Below are positions 49,040 to 62,875 of a stretch of 64,000 bases of DNA, one piece after another. Source of the stretch: Thermoanaerobaculia bacterium (GTDB lineage Bacteria; Acidobacteriota; Thermoanaerobaculia; Gp7-AA8). Each line of letters opens with the position of its first letter. Within the stretch, counting starts at the first letter, position 1. Location of the stretch: contig JBBRTB010000011.1 in NCBI GenBank assembly GCA_038244815.1, forward strand, positions 37,050 through 101,049. The letters run 5' to 3'. The position numbers and the translations under genes were made by a program. Under the pieces are notes generated by a model, which was not told where the DNA came from, did not search any database, and saw nothing but the letters and a program-made list of their open reading frames with translations.

Positions 49040-50466
49040 TCGAAGCGCACCGATCCGTCGTCCGCGCGCATGGCCGTCGGCGCGTACTGCCCGATGAGCG
49101 TGCGGTCCCACCACACACCGCTGCGGGCCTTCTCCTGGCGCGAGCTGAACCAGTACTGCCACAACACCACGCGAATCGCCTTCGGGCCCTTCGGAAACGG
49201 ATTCCCGCGGAACAGTTCCAGCACCGGCGGACTGTTCTCGAGCAGACGCACCTCGGTGTTCATCACCCACGGATTCTCGTCGATCGTTCCGAGAGAGGCG
49301 AACCAGAGGTTCCAGTCGAAGCGCGGCTGATAGGGTGCGTAGATCCCCGGCCGCTCCCGCACGTCCTGCGGCTTGTAGCGGAACGGATAAGGCGTCCAGT
49401 GCTCCAGGTCGGTCGTTCCCTGAAACTCGATCTCGTACCGCGCGCGCGTCATCACCGCGAACAATCCGTAGTTGTTCACGATCCGGAATGGCGCCAGCGG
49501 GGTGGCTGCGCGCGGGTAGAAGAACATGACGATCGACATGATGAAGAAGCTGATGAGGATGGTGACGCTGACGTAGGATCGGCTGTCCAGCCGCTCCGGA
49601 TCCGCCGCAGGGCCGGCGTGATGTTGGTGGAGATCCCGGTCGTCGAGCAGCAGGAATCCCAGGCTCAGCACCAGGTAGTTGAGAAACGCATAGTTCGCGG
49701 TGAGGATGATCCCGATCTGCAACGGCGTGGTGATCAGAAAGCAGATCAGCCGCGAGCGCTTTGGCAGAAATACGAGCCAGACGACGAACAGCTCGACGAT
49801 GAGCGTCGTCGCCGCCGTGAACGCATGAAACGGATGCGGCCAGTGCTGCACGTACCACCCCAGCCACGCCGGCAGCGGCCCGTTTTCGTAATACTTGTCC
49901 ATGGCCGTCAGATGGCGCCACTGCTCCTCTCCGCTCAGGATCTTCACGAGCCCCGACTCGAAGTAGATCCGGAACCACTCCCATTGCAGGAGAAACAGGG
50001 CCATGCGCGCCGGCGGATGTTGGACGTCGAGCCCGGGCCGCAGGCCGCGCGGCGCGAAGAAAAGGGACAGAAACGCGGCCTCCAGCAGCATTCCGTCGGA
50101 CTGGTACGACGAGAAATCCTGAGCCGCGGAGACGAACGACAGAAAACAGATACCGGCGACGGCGATCGACAGGCGCGGCCAGAGGTTGAACACGATCGCC
50201 AGCGACGCCGCGATGCCGATGCAGACGACGACGCTCATGGCTCGGTCGCCCGCGCCGAACCAGAACAGTGACGGGATGTACCAGTACGCCTTCGCGCCGA
50301 CGGCCTTGTGCGCGTTCACGAGATAGGCGGCCGCGGGGAGAATTCCGTCCGGTCCGATGAGCCCGTGGATCTGGAAGTAGAGCGAGTAGAACGCGGAGAA
50401 GAAGATGAGGCCGAGGCAGCGGAGAAAGATCCACCGCGCGCGGAGGAACGTCACTCGATCTTCCAT
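49036..50466 (-). CDS. Lipase maturation factor family membrane protein
   Basis: FLRCLGLIF..AF, Q.DGMLLEA.FL, ESGLVK, TANYAFLNYL, YGLFAVMT, PYQPRFDW.LWF. Confidence 0.9.
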   Translation of the reverse strand: MEDRVTFLRARWIFLRCLGLIFFSAFYSLYFQIHGLIGPDGILPAAAYLVNAHKAVGAKAYWYIPSLFWFGAGDRAMSVVVCIGIAASLAIVFNLWPRLSIAVAGICFLSFVSAAQDFSSYQSDGMLLEAAFLSLFFAPRGLRPGLDVQHPPARMALFLLQWEWFRIYFESGLVKILSGEEQWRHLTAMDKYYENGPLPAWLGWYVQHWPHPFHAFTAATTLIVELFVVWLVFLPKRSRLICFLITTPLQIGIILTANYAFLNYLVLSLGFLLLDDRDLHQHHAGPAADPERLDSRSYVSVTILISFFIMSIVMFFYPRAATPLAPFRIVNNYGLFAVMTRARYEIEFQGTTDLEHWTPYPFRYKPQDVRERPGIYAPYQPRFDWNLWFASLGTIDENPWVMNTEVRLLENSPPVLELFRGNPFPKGPKAIRVVLWQYWFSSRQEKARSGVWWDRTLIGQYAPTAMRADDGSVRFE

Positions 50467-52025
50467 ATCGAAACCGCCGCGTCGCTCAGGCGGACAAAGC
50501 CGGGGATGCGCTCGCCGCCGTAAAGCCGCGACCAGACCGTCCGGCCTGCCAGTCGTGTGCGCAAATAGAGCTGGGGATCGACCCCGATCGTCGCGGCGGT
50601 GGCCGGGACGTAGGCCGGATGCGGCAGTACGAGGTAACGGACGCCGCGATCGCGGCAGTACTGCAGCAGCGTGGCCTGGCGCGTGGAGAGCATCGCCGAG
50701 ATGGCATCGGTGAACACGTTCTCATCGGGCATGGAGCCGAAGTTGTCGATGATCACGGGCTTGTCGCCGAGAACGTCGATGGCGTGTCCGAGCGACCAGG
50801 GTGCCAGGACCCGCCCGCGTGGGAGCGGCTGCAGCTGTTCGGCCACGACGCGATACTCCTCGTTCGACGGCTCGGGCGATCGGAACGTGTAGACGTCGTA
50901 GACGACGGGCGGAACGAGGACCAGCAGCGCCGCGAGCCAGGCGGTCTTTCGTTCGGCGACGAACAGCGCTCCTCCCACCGCGAACAGCGCGATGGCCACG
51001 ACGAGAAACCGCCGGCTCGACAGCGCCAGCGCGAGATACACGATCGCGAACAGCGCGACGGTGCGATGCCTGCGCCACACCAGCGGCGCGAAGAGAGCGC
51101 CGCCGGTGAGATTCGCGATGTCCGTGCCCGCGTATCCGGCGTGATGAAACATCGGCTGAAACTCCAGGATCGAGGAAAGCCACGGATCGCCGCCGAAGAA
51201 TCGCAGTCCCACCAACGCCTGCGGAGTGATGAGAGCGATCGCACCACCGGCGGCGAGCGCGATCGCCCGTGAGGTCCGCGTGGCCAGACCGCACGCCAGC
51301 GCGGCGCCGGAGAGCATCGCCACGTGCGGATATCCGAGGAACCATGCCGAGTCCGGGTAGCCGGAAGGGCGGGTCAGGCGGTAGAGAAGAACGACCGCGG
51401 CCGCGATCGCGAACGCTTTCGCTCCCTCCCGGTGGTCGTCGGAGAAGAAGATGGACACGAACGCCACGCCGGCAGCGACGAAGAGGGCTGTCTGCACGAG
51501 CAGCGCGACCGCGATCGCTGCGCCGAGCGCGATCCCCTGGCGCCGCGACGCGAACAAGACGATCGCGAGCAGGAGCAACGGCTCGACGTAGTGATGATCG
51601 ATGTGGCCCCGGCTCGAGACGCCGATGAGATACGGCGACAGCGCCAGCGTCAGGCCGCCCGTCGCTGCCGCGAGCGCGCCATATCGAGTCAGAAACCATG
51701 TGACGCAACCGGTAAACAACGCGAAGAAGAGCGGCGGAACGAATCCGAGGCCCGACGCTCGAAGCCCGAGTCCTCGAACGACGCCGCCCAGGGCCACGTC
51801 GTAGAGCGGAGGCCAGGGACAGAAAAGCCCGCTCACGCCGCGGTCGGGATCGGGATCGAGCACGCGCGGGAGGTGTTTCGCTGAAAACGTGATGCGCTCG
51901 AGGTGGTAGAGATCGTCGAACGGCGGAATCGCACCTCCTGCCAGACGCATCAGCAGTGCGATCGCGAAGATCGTGAGCGACAGACCCAGTGCCAGCCTCT
52001 TGCGTTCCGTGCTCGTTTCCTTCAC
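50451..52025 (-). CDS. STT3/AglB-like (GT-C) oligosaccharyltransferase-like membrane protein
   Basis: DDLYHL.RI, WPPLYD, DHH..E, I.EFQP, VLAPWSLGH..., DNFG; many TM helices. Confidence 0.65.
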   Translation of the reverse strand: MKETSTERKRLALGLSLTIFAIALLMRLAGGAIPPFDDLYHLERITFSAKHLPRVLDPDPDRGVSGLFCPWPPLYDVALGGVVRGLGLRASGLGFVPPLFFALFTGCVTWFLTRYGALAAATGGLTLALSPYLIGVSSRGHIDHHYVEPLLLLAIVLFASRRQGIALGAAIAVALLVQTALFVAAGVAFVSIFFSDDHREGAKAFAIAAAVVLLYRLTRPSGYPDSAWFLGYPHVAMLSGAALACGLATRTSRAIALAAGGAIALITPQALVGLRFFGGDPWLSSILEFQPMFHHAGYAGTDIANLTGGALFAPLVWRRHRTVALFAIVYLALALSSRRFLVVAIALFAVGGALFVAERKTAWLAALLVLVPPVVYDVYTFRSPEPSNEEYRVVAEQLQPLPRGRVLAPWSLGHAIDVLGDKPVIIDNFGSMPDENVFTDAISAMLSTRQATLLQYCRDRGVRYLVLPHPAYVPATAATIGVDPQLYLRTRLAGRTVWSRLYGGERIPGFVRLSDAAVSIWKIE

Positions 52026-52074
52026 TCTAGTTTCGTCGTCAGTCCAGGACGGTCAAAAACAACCAGGAGCCCCA

Positions 52075-55388
<3,314 letters not shown>

Positions 55389-55435
55389 GTTTTCGGTACG
55401 TTCTCCCTCGAGGGGCGCGCCGGGAGGAGCGGTCC

Positions 55436-55444
55436 TGCTACAAT
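55436..55444 (+). promoter_or_regulatory. Extended -10 promoter candidate
   Basis: TGCTACAAT about 100 nt upstream of ATG 55542. Confidence 0.45.
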
Positions 55445-55541
55445 CTGCCGATCCGATTTTCAGCGACTGATCGCGCCGTGTTTTGCGGGTCTCTCTCGCC
55501 GCGAAAACGGAACATACGCCAGCTCAAACGGAGAGGTCTCC

Positions 55542-58500
55542 ATGGATAACTTTGTGCCCCCGAGCAAACGCAGCCGGTCGCTCCTCTGCACCAGCTTCGC
55601 GGTCAGTTTCGTCGCCATCATCGTCGTCGCGGTCGTCATCGGATTCACGGCCCAGGCGGCGAACTACAGCGCCTTCGCCGCAGGGTCGGTGAACTGGACC
55701 GCGACGACGGTATCGGGCTTTTCCTGGGGTTGCACGACGACCGGAGGGACCGACTCGTGCGGAGCGTATCCGGGCCAGTTACCGAATCCCGGCGGCGACA
55801 CGGCGGTCATCACCACCTCCGGCGGTCCGCTCTTGATCACCGTCGACTCCAACATTCCCAATCCTGTCACGATGGATCTGGGCGGCTTCAACGGTTCCAC
55901 GGTCGATGTCGCATCCGGAGGCACCCTCCGGTTGGCGGGCGCCTCGGTCCTGCAATCGCTGGAGACGCTCTCGATCAGCGGCGGAACGTTGACCAACAAC
56001 GGCACGCTGGCGGTCACCGGCAGCAGCGGTCCGTCACTGGTTCTCAACAGCGGCACGTTCGATGGTGCCGGCACGACGAACATCGGTGGGCTCGGCGGCA
56101 CGTTCAACATCGTCGCGTCCGCTGCGTCGGCGATCAATCAGCAGACCATCAACAACGCGAAGTTCACGAACTTCAACACCGGCGGAACGGTGGCGATGGG
56201 TTTGGGTGCGACGTTCATGAACCAGCCGGGCGGCATCTTCAACGCCAATGGCGGCGGCACGATCTCACAGGGAGCGGGTCTGGCGCTGTTCAACAACGCA
56301 TCGACCTTTCAGAAAACGGGGGGCGCCGCCTTCACCGTAGGTGTTCCGTTCGCCAACACCGGCCTCGTGTCGCTGCCGGCAACGGGACTGGCGCTCAATC
56401 TTCTGGGCGGCTCGACCTCGAGCGGAGCGACCTGGAACCTCGGCGTGGGTGGCGCGATCAACTTCAGCGGCTCGCACGCATTCAGCGGCGCGCAGTCGTT
56501 TCTCGGCACGGGCACTCTGACCATCAACCCGGCGGGGTCGTGGAAAATCGGCACGCCCGCGCCGCTGTCGATTCCGGCCTTGATGAACCTCACGAACAAC
56601 GGAACTCTCGACCTGGCCAGTTCCCCCTCGTTCGAGACGCTCAATGTCGGCGGTAATTTCGCGCAGGGCGCTGCCGGCATGTCCCTTTTCAAGATCGGGC
56701 CGCCTAACGGGAGTTCGGACGTGGTCAACGTCACGGGCAGCTCCACGCTCGCCGGAAACCTCACTGCCTCGCTGGGCAGTTTGTACGCACCGGTCAACGG
56801 CGACACGTTCACGGTCCTGACGGCGCTCGGGACTCGTACGGCTGATTTCACCACCTACACCTTGCCCTTGTTCCCCGGCGGAATCTTCACTTCGCAGTAC
56901 TTCGGTGCCGGGCCTGAAAATCTGCAACTCGTTGCCGCGCCCGCGATCGACATCGGCGTGGGCAAGACCGGTCCGGCCAGCGTCCTTCACAACCAGGACG
57001 CCACGTACACGGTGAGCGTGACGAATGCCGCCGGTTCTTCGACCGCAACAAACGTCGTCCTCAGCGATAACTTCTCATCCGGGTTGTATCAAGCCGGCTC
57101 GTCAAGCCCGTTCTGCGGACTGCTTGGGCCCGGTGTGCTCAGTTGCACGATTCCGTCGATCGCCCCGGGCGCGACGGTGAATCTGCCGATCGTCATCAAC
57201 GCCAACACGCTTGGAACGATCGTCAACTCGGCGTCGTTCATCTCTGCCAACGAAATCGATACGAATTCCGCCAACAACAACAGCCCGGCAGTGAGCACAA
57301 CCGTGGTAGCAGTCGCCGATCTCGCGCTCACGAAGACCGGACCACCGACTGCCGTCGCCGGCGCTCCGCTCGCATACACGATCACGGTCAACAACGCCGG
57401 ACCGGACACGGCAACCGGACTGACCGTCACCGATACGATGCCCGCCGGCACGACCGCGATTTCCCCGGCCGGACCGGGCTGGGCCTGTTCCGTCGTCACG
57501 AGCACGGTGACGTGCACGCTGGCCACTCTGGCGCCCGGGCCCGCCTCTCCGATTACGATCAACGCCAACGCTCCGGCGGCTGGCGGCCCGATCAACAATA
57601 CTGCCACCGTCACGTCGACCTCCAGCGATCCGAACGGCACCGACAACAGCGCCACCTGGACCACGACCGTGACCGCCTCGGCCGACATCGGCATCACCAA
57701 GACCGGTGCGGCCGTCGTGACGGCGGGACAGAACGCGACCTACACGTTCAACGTCGTCAACAACGGTCCGTCGGCCGTTCCGAGCGTGACCGTCAACGAC
57801 ACGCCCGGCGCGGGTCTGACGTTCGTCTCCGCGACCGCTCCGTGCGCGGGCGGATTCCCCTGCACGCTGCCGGGACTCGCTTCCGGCGGCAGTTCCTCGT
57901 TCACGGCGACATTTGCAGTCAGCCCGTCCGCGACGGGCACCGTCACCAATGGTGCCAGCGCCGCCGCGGCGGGCGTCAGCGATCCGAATTCAGCGAACGA
58001 CGCGTCACCTCCAGCGTCCGCCGCCGTGGCGATCAACTCCGATGTGCAGATCGCGAAGACAGGACCGGCGTCCGCGTCCCCCGGCCAGGCCATCACGTAC
58101 AGCATCACTGTCACGAACCTCGGTCCGTCGACGGCGACCGGTGTGACCGTCAGCGATCCCACGCCGGCCCAGACCACCGCTGGTTCGGTCTCCAGCTCTC
58201 CGTCTCTCTGCGCGTCACTTCCGTGCACCATTCCCACGCTGGCACCGGGAAGCAGCGTGATCATCAGCGCCGGTTTCACGGTCAACTCGTCGGCGGCGGG
58301 CTCCATCAGCAACAGCGCGAGCGTCACCTCCACGTCGACCGACAGTAACGGCACGAACAACACTGCCGCGGCGGTCACCACGATCACGCCGCAGGCCGAT
58401 CTGAAGATCACGAAGAGCGGTCCGGCTGGTTTCCCCACGGGCGGCGGGCCCGTTACGTTCACGATCACCGTCAGCAATCTGGGGCCGTCGACGGCGACCG

Positions 58501-61358
58501 GCGTGGTCGTCAACGACAGTCCGTCCGCCGGTCTGGTCTTCCAGAGCAACTCCGGAGCGTGCACGACGCTGTTCCCGTGCTCGATCGCTTCACTGGCATC
58601 CGGAGGCAGCGTGACGATCCAGTCCGTGTTCAACGTCGCGGCGACAGCCAACGTCGTCACGAACACGGCGGACGTGACTTCTTCCGTTGCCGATCCGAAT
58701 TCGTTCAACAACTCGTCGAGCGTGACCGTCGGGTCCTCCTGTCCGACGGGAACCCTCGTTCAGTTCGTGCCGTTCAGCGGCCAGCAGGACGTTCCCGTCT
58801 CCGGCCTGATGCAATGGACGAACGTGGGTGGCACGGGCTACGACGTCTACATGGGACCGGCGGGCAGCGGATGCGCGACGCTGGTGGCCAGTAATGTGAG
58901 CGGAACGAGTTACAGCTATTCGGGCCTGATCGCGAATACCGATTACGAAAGCCGCATCGTCGCGGTCCGTCCGGGGTGTCCGTCCATTGCCTCGCAGTGC
59001 ATCCGTTGGAGAACCGGATCGGGTCCGTGCAATCTGGCCACGCCCCAACTCACGGCTCCGGCCAGCGGAGCGACGATCGGTTCACCGACGACACTGCAAT
59101 GGAGCGCGGTGGCCGGTGCGACGCAGTACCACGTCGTGGTGACCGTGAACGGCAACAACGTCATCGATCAGACCACCGCGGCCACTTCGCTCGATGTCGT
59201 CATCCCGAATGGGGACGCCACCTGGAGCGTGATTGCCATGAGCGGCAATTGCACCAGTCCGTCCTCGAGCGGATCGTTCCATGTCTGCGCCCCGCCGCCG
59301 GCTCCACTGGCCGGCGTGGTGGGTGCGCCGTCGTCGGGACAGGCGTACTCGGTCATCGTGACGAATCCGACCGCGGACAACGTGCAGTACGACTTTCAGG
59401 AAGCGGACAACGACTCGTTCAACAACGCCACGACGCAGAGCACGACCTCGACATCGGTTTCCTACATGCACAACGCCGCGACCGCGGCACAGGTGTTCTT
59501 CTACCGCGTGCGCGCCCTGGGCACATGTACGAATACGTCCGGCGCATACTCGAGGACGATTCGCGTCGTGATCGTTCCTGCCGTCGTGAACAGGCGTAAT
59601 CCACACGTCAACGTCCCGGCCGGAAGCATCGAGCCGGCCTCGTTCCAGGTCTTCATCCCCGGCGAGTCGGTGCCGGTCAACTTCACCATCAGCGTCGACC
59701 GACCCTGGATTCTGATGGTCGATCCGTCCAGTGGCATCCTGCCCGTTGGCGGTCTCCTCGTGACCGTGACCGTCGATCCGGCGCAGCTGCCGAACGGCAC
59801 GTTCACGGCCTCGCTCATCGTCGTGACCACCCCGCTGGCGAACAGCGGCCGGGTCACAACCAACGGAAGCGGAGGGAAGTCGGTTCCGATCACGATCAAT
59901 CTCGTCACTCCCGTCGTGCCGAACAGTCCCAGCGGGCCGACGGAGAACTCGCTCATCATTCCCGTGGTCGGACATCAGGCCGGCCTTAACTCGCAGTGGC
60001 GTTCCGACATCCGCATCTACAACGCCTCGCCACAGGCGCTGAAGTACCTGCTGAACTTCACGCCGCAGGGATCGTCCGATGTGAAGCAGACGACGCTTAC
60101 GACGGCGTCGAACGACACGACCGCGCTCGACGACATCATTCACAACTGGTTCGGTGTGGGCGAGGTGGGTGACAGCTCCACCGGCGTGCTGGAGATCCGC
60201 CCGATGACGCTGGACGGCAGCACCACTCCGCCGCAGGGCAGTTCGTTCACGACGGTGGCGTCGAGCCGCACGTTCAACGAGACCAGCACGGGGACGCTCG
60301 GGCAGTTCATCCCGCCGGTCAAGTTCACGAACTTCATCGGGACGGGATCGCGCATGAGCCTGCAGCAGCTCGCCCAAAGCTCCTCCTACCGAACGAACTT
60401 CGGTCTGGTGGAAGCGTCGGGCTCACCGGTCTCGCTGCTGCTGTCGATGTTCAGCAGCTCCGGGTCTAAATTGTTCGATCTGCCGGTCAATCTCGCCGCC
60501 GGCGAGCAGAAGCTTCTCAACGGTTTGCTCGCCTCGCAGGGTGTGAACGACCTGAGCGATGGCCGGATGGAAGTGTCGGTCGTCGGCGGCAACGGCAAGG
60601 TCACCGGATACGCGTCGGTCATCGACAACGCCAGCCTCGACCCGCAGCTCGTGCCGGGACAGAACCTGACGAACACGAGCTCGCAGCTCTACGTCGTGCC
60701 CGGCGTGGCCGACCTGAACAACGGCCTGGCCAAGTGGCGCACGGACATGCGCGTCTACAACAGCGGTCAGACTGCGCAGACCGCGAATCTCACGTTCTTC
60801 GCGCAGGATCAGGCCAGTCAGCCGCTGAACGCCGCGGTGACCGTGAATCCGGGCGAGGTGAAAGTGCTCGACGGCGTCCTGCAGTCGTTGTTCTCGACGC
60901 ACGACGTCGGCGGCATGGTGCAGTTGACCACCGCAACCGGCTCGCAACTCGTCGTCACCGCCAGAACGTTCAACCAGACGTCCAACGGTACGCTCGGTCA
61001 GTTCATCAAGGCGGCCACGGCGGCCGACGGCATTACGAACAACGCCCGCACGCTCAACATCCTCCAGGTCGAAGACTCGCCGCGCTTCCGCACCAACGTC
61101 GGCCTTGCGGAGATGAGCGGCCAGCCGGTCACGGTGGAGGTGTCGCTGGTCCTGCCCGACTCGAAGCTGACGCCTTCGATTCAGGTCCCGCTGGCGGCGA
61201 ACGAGTTCCGTCAGTTCGGTGTGGCCGACTTCGGCCTGGGAGACATCTACAACGTGCGCGTGAGCGTGAAGGTGGTCGGTGGCGGTGGCAGCGTGACCGC
61301 GTACGGCTCGGTCATCGATCAGGTCACGACCGATCCGACCTACGTGCAGGCACAGTAA
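55542..61358 (+). CDS. Large secreted/surface protein: beta-helix-like N-region, five DUF11 repeats, FnIII/BACON-like segments and a duplicated C-terminal module
   Basis: Signal peptide; five D[LIV]x[ILV]xK[TS]G...YTITV.N.GP repeats; Gly/Thr/Asn-rich N-terminus. Confidence 0.88.
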   Translation: MDNFVPPSKRSRSLLCTSFAVSFVAIIVVAVVIGFTAQAANYSAFAAGSVNWTATTVSGFSWGCTTTGGTDSCGAYPGQLPNPGGDTAVITTSGGPLLITVDSNIPNPVTMDLGGFNGSTVDVASGGTLRLAGASVLQSLETLSISGGTLTNNGTLAVTGSSGPSLVLNSGTFDGAGTTNIGGLGGTFNIVASAASAINQQTINNAKFTNFNTGGTVAMGLGATFMNQPGGIFNANGGGTISQGAGLALFNNASTFQKTGGAAFTVGVPFANTGLVSLPATGLALNLLGGSTSSGATWNLGVGGAINFSGSHAFSGAQSFLGTGTLTINPAGSWKIGTPAPLSIPALMNLTNNGTLDLASSPSFETLNVGGNFAQGAAGMSLFKIGPPNGSSDVVNVTGSSTLAGNLTASLGSLYAPVNGDTFTVLTALGTRTADFTTYTLPLFPGGIFTSQYFGAGPENLQLVAAPAIDIGVGKTGPASVLHNQDATYTVSVTNAAGSSTATNVVLSDNFSSGLYQAGSSSPFCGLLGPGVLSCTIPSIAPGATVNLPIVINANTLGTIVNSASFISANEIDTNSANNNSPAVSTTVVAVADLALTKTGPPTAVAGAPLAYTITVNNAGPDTATGLTVTDTMPAGTTAISPAGPGWACSVVTSTVTCTLATLAPGPASPITINANAPAAGGPINNTATVTSTSSDPNGTDNSATWTTTVTASADIGITKTGAAVVTAGQNATYTFNVVNNGPSAVPSVTVNDTPGAGLTFVSATAPCAGGFPCTLPGLASGGSSSFTATFAVSPSATGTVTNGASAAAAGVSDPNSANDASPPASAAVAINSDVQIAKTGPASASPGQAITYSITVTNLGPSTATGVTVSDPTPAQTTAGSVSSSPSLCASLPCTIPTLAPGSSVIISAGFTVNSSAAGSISNSASVTSTSTDSNGTNNTAAAVTTITPQADLKITKSGPAGFPTGGGPVTFTITVSNLGPSTATGVVVNDSPSAGLVFQSNSGACTTLFPCSIASLASGGSVTIQSVFNVAATANVVTNTADVTSSVADPNSFNNSSSVTVGSSCPTGTLVQFVPFSGQQDVPVSGLMQWTNVGGTGYDVYMGPAGSGCATLVASNVSGTSYSYSGLIANTDYESRIVAVRPGCPSIASQCIRWRTGSGPCNLATPQLTAPASGATIGSPTTLQWSAVAGATQYHVVVTVNGNNVIDQTTAATSLDVVIPNGDATWSVIAMSGNCTSPSSSGSFHVCAPPPAPLAGVVGAPSSGQAYSVIVTNPTADNVQYDFQEADNDSFNNATTQSTTSTSVSYMHNAATAAQVFFYRVRALGTCTNTSGAYSRTIRVVIVPAVVNRRNPHVNVPAGSIEPASFQVFIPGESVPVNFTISVDRPWILMVDPSSGILPVGGLLVTVTVDPAQLPNGTFTASLIVVTTPLANSGRVTTNGSGGKSVPITINLVTPVVPNSPSGPTENSLIIPVVGHQAGLNSQWRSDIRIYNASPQALKYLLNFTPQGSSDVKQTTLTTASNDTTALDDIIHNWFGVGEVGDSSTGVLEIRPMTLDGSTTPPQGSSFTTVASSRTFNETSTGTLGQFIPPVKFTNFIGTGSRMSLQQLAQSSSYRTNFGLVEASGSPVSLLLSMFSSSGSKLFDLPVNLAAGEQKLLNGLLASQGVNDLSDGRMEVSVVGGNGKVTGYASVIDNASLDPQLVPGQNLTNTSSQLYVVPGVADLNNGLAKWRTDMRVYNSGQTAQTANLTFFAQDQASQPLNAAVTVNPGEVKVLDGVLQSLFSTHDVGGMVQLTTATGSQLVVTARTFNQTSNGTLGQFIKAATAADGITNNARTLNILQVEDSPRFRTNVGLAEMSGQPVTVEVSLVLPDSKLTPSIQVPLAANEFRQFGVADFGLGDIYNVRVSVKVVGGGGSVTAYGSVIDQVTTDPTYVQAQ

Positions 61359-61380
61359 TCGAATGATGGGGCTACGAAGT

Positions 61381-61450
61381 GCGTGTAGGTGCCAGGCGTG
61401 TAGGTGCCGGCTTCAGCCGGCACGGCGCCGGCTCAAGCCGGCGCCCACAC
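61381..61450. repeat. REP doublet with duplicated left end, between convergent genes
   Basis: GCGTGTAGGTGCC twice, then GGCTTCAGCCGGCAC ... GCCGGCTCAAGCCGGCGCCCACAC. Confidence 0.85.
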
Positions 61451-61453
61451 TTG

Positions 61454-62845
61454 CTAGGCTCGAACTGACACGACCACGATGGTGACGTCATCGTGCTGGG
61501 GCTCGCTTCCGCGGAACTGCTCGACGCTGCGCAGCACGGCGTCTCGCGTCTCCGCGGCCGAGCCTTCGGCTGCGGCCAGGACGCGGGTCAGCCGGTCGAG
61601 ACCGAACGGTTCGCCGGCTTCGTTCGTCGCTTCGTAGATGCCGTCGCTGTGCATCACGAATACGTCTCCCGGTTCGAACGGCACCTCGCGCTGAGGTACC
61701 GGCTCCGTCCTCCGCACTCCGAGGGGCTGGCTGAACAGCTCGATGGTGTCGACGTGGCCTGAGGGGTGGCGCACGAGCACCGGCGGATGACCGGCGCTGG
61801 CGATCGTCGCGCATCGCCGCTTCGGATCGAACAGGGCCGCGGCGAGCGTGACGAGCGTCCGGCGCCGGCTGTTCTGTGCGACGACCTCGTGCAGGCGCTC
61901 CAGCACCGTCGCCGGCGTGGTCAACGAGCGCCGCAGGAGCGTGATGCCGCCCCGCAGTGCCGAGAGGGTGATGCCGCTCGAAAGTCCGTGGCCGGCCACG
62001 TCGCCGCAGATCACCGCCAGGCAGTCATCGACTTCGATGTAGTCGAAGTAGTCGCCGCCGACTTCGGTTGCCGGAATGGAGGTGCCGGCGATATCCGCCC
62101 AGTCCAGATGCGGCGGCTCCTCAGGAAGCATGCTCAGCTGCAGCTCTCGCGCGTAGCGCAGCTCGTCGCGCATGCGCAGTTGTTCGCGGGCTGAGGCGCG
62201 TCGTTCCGTCCAGGACGCGATGGTCTGCCGGCGGACTCGGCGGCTGTTCAGCGAGCCGAACCCGAACGCGACGGCATGGGTGATGCCGATGGCGACGAGG
62301 CTGTGGTCGCCCGAGCTGGGCGCGTACAGCAACGCCATGGCCAGGGTGATCGCGAACAGCGCCAGATGCACTGCCAGGCGGCGCGGGAGCGAGGTGCGAA
62401 GGCCGATGATGAGCCAGGGGATCAGGGATCCCCAGACCGCGGCGCCCTGCGGGCCGCCGATGTACGAGAAGGCGGCGAACTGGATCAGGAGGTATCCGAC
62501 GATCCAGTCGGAGAGGTTTCGCGAGACGTGAACCGCGGCCGGATGAACGGTGCGGCCGGGCTTCCATCTCGCCAACTGGATCATGGCCCAGGCCATGGCG
62601 GCCGAGATCACGAGCCCGGCCGCGGCCACGAGCCATGACAGCCGCGGCGGCCGCGACGACGCCAGTCCGTAGGTCAGGGACCCGAAATCGACGGCCGCGA
62701 AGATCGTGGCGTAGATCGCGGTCATCAGTGCGTTGCGGGAATCGAACGACCTGCGCACCGCCTCCGCGTCTGGCATGTGCGCCGTCATTTCGAGCTCATC
62801 CACCGGCTCGGGAGCGCCCATCATCCTCGTTGTTCGGGATTGCAC
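61454..62845 (-). CDS. Membrane-bound PP2C (SpoIIE/RsbU-type) phosphatase
   Basis: [42 protein letters not shown]; start uncertain. Confidence 0.92.
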   Translation of the reverse strand: MQSRTTRMMGAPEPVDELEMTAHMPDAEAVRRSFDSRNALMTAIYATIFAAVDFGSLTYGLASSRPPRLSWLVAAAGLVISAAMAWAMIQLARWKPGRTVHPAAVHVSRNLSDWIVGYLLIQFAAFSYIGGPQGAAVWGSLIPWLIIGLRTSLPRRLAVHLALFAITLAMALLYAPSSGDHSLVAIGITHAVAFGFGSLNSRRVRRQTIASWTERRASAREQLRMRDELRYARELQLSMLPEEPPHLDWADIAGTSIPATEVGGDYFDYIEVDDCLAVICGDVAGHGLSSGITLSALRGGITLLRRSLTTPATVLERLHEVVAQNSRRRTLVTLAAALFDPKRRCATIASAGHPPVLVRHPSGHVDTIELFSQPLGVRRTEPVPQREVPFEPGDVFVMHSDGIYEATNEAGEPFGLDRLTRVLAAAEGSAAETRDAVLRSVEQFRGSEPQHDDVTIVVVSVRA

Positions 62846-62875
62846 GTGTTTGGTTTACTCTGCGCGACAACGGAT

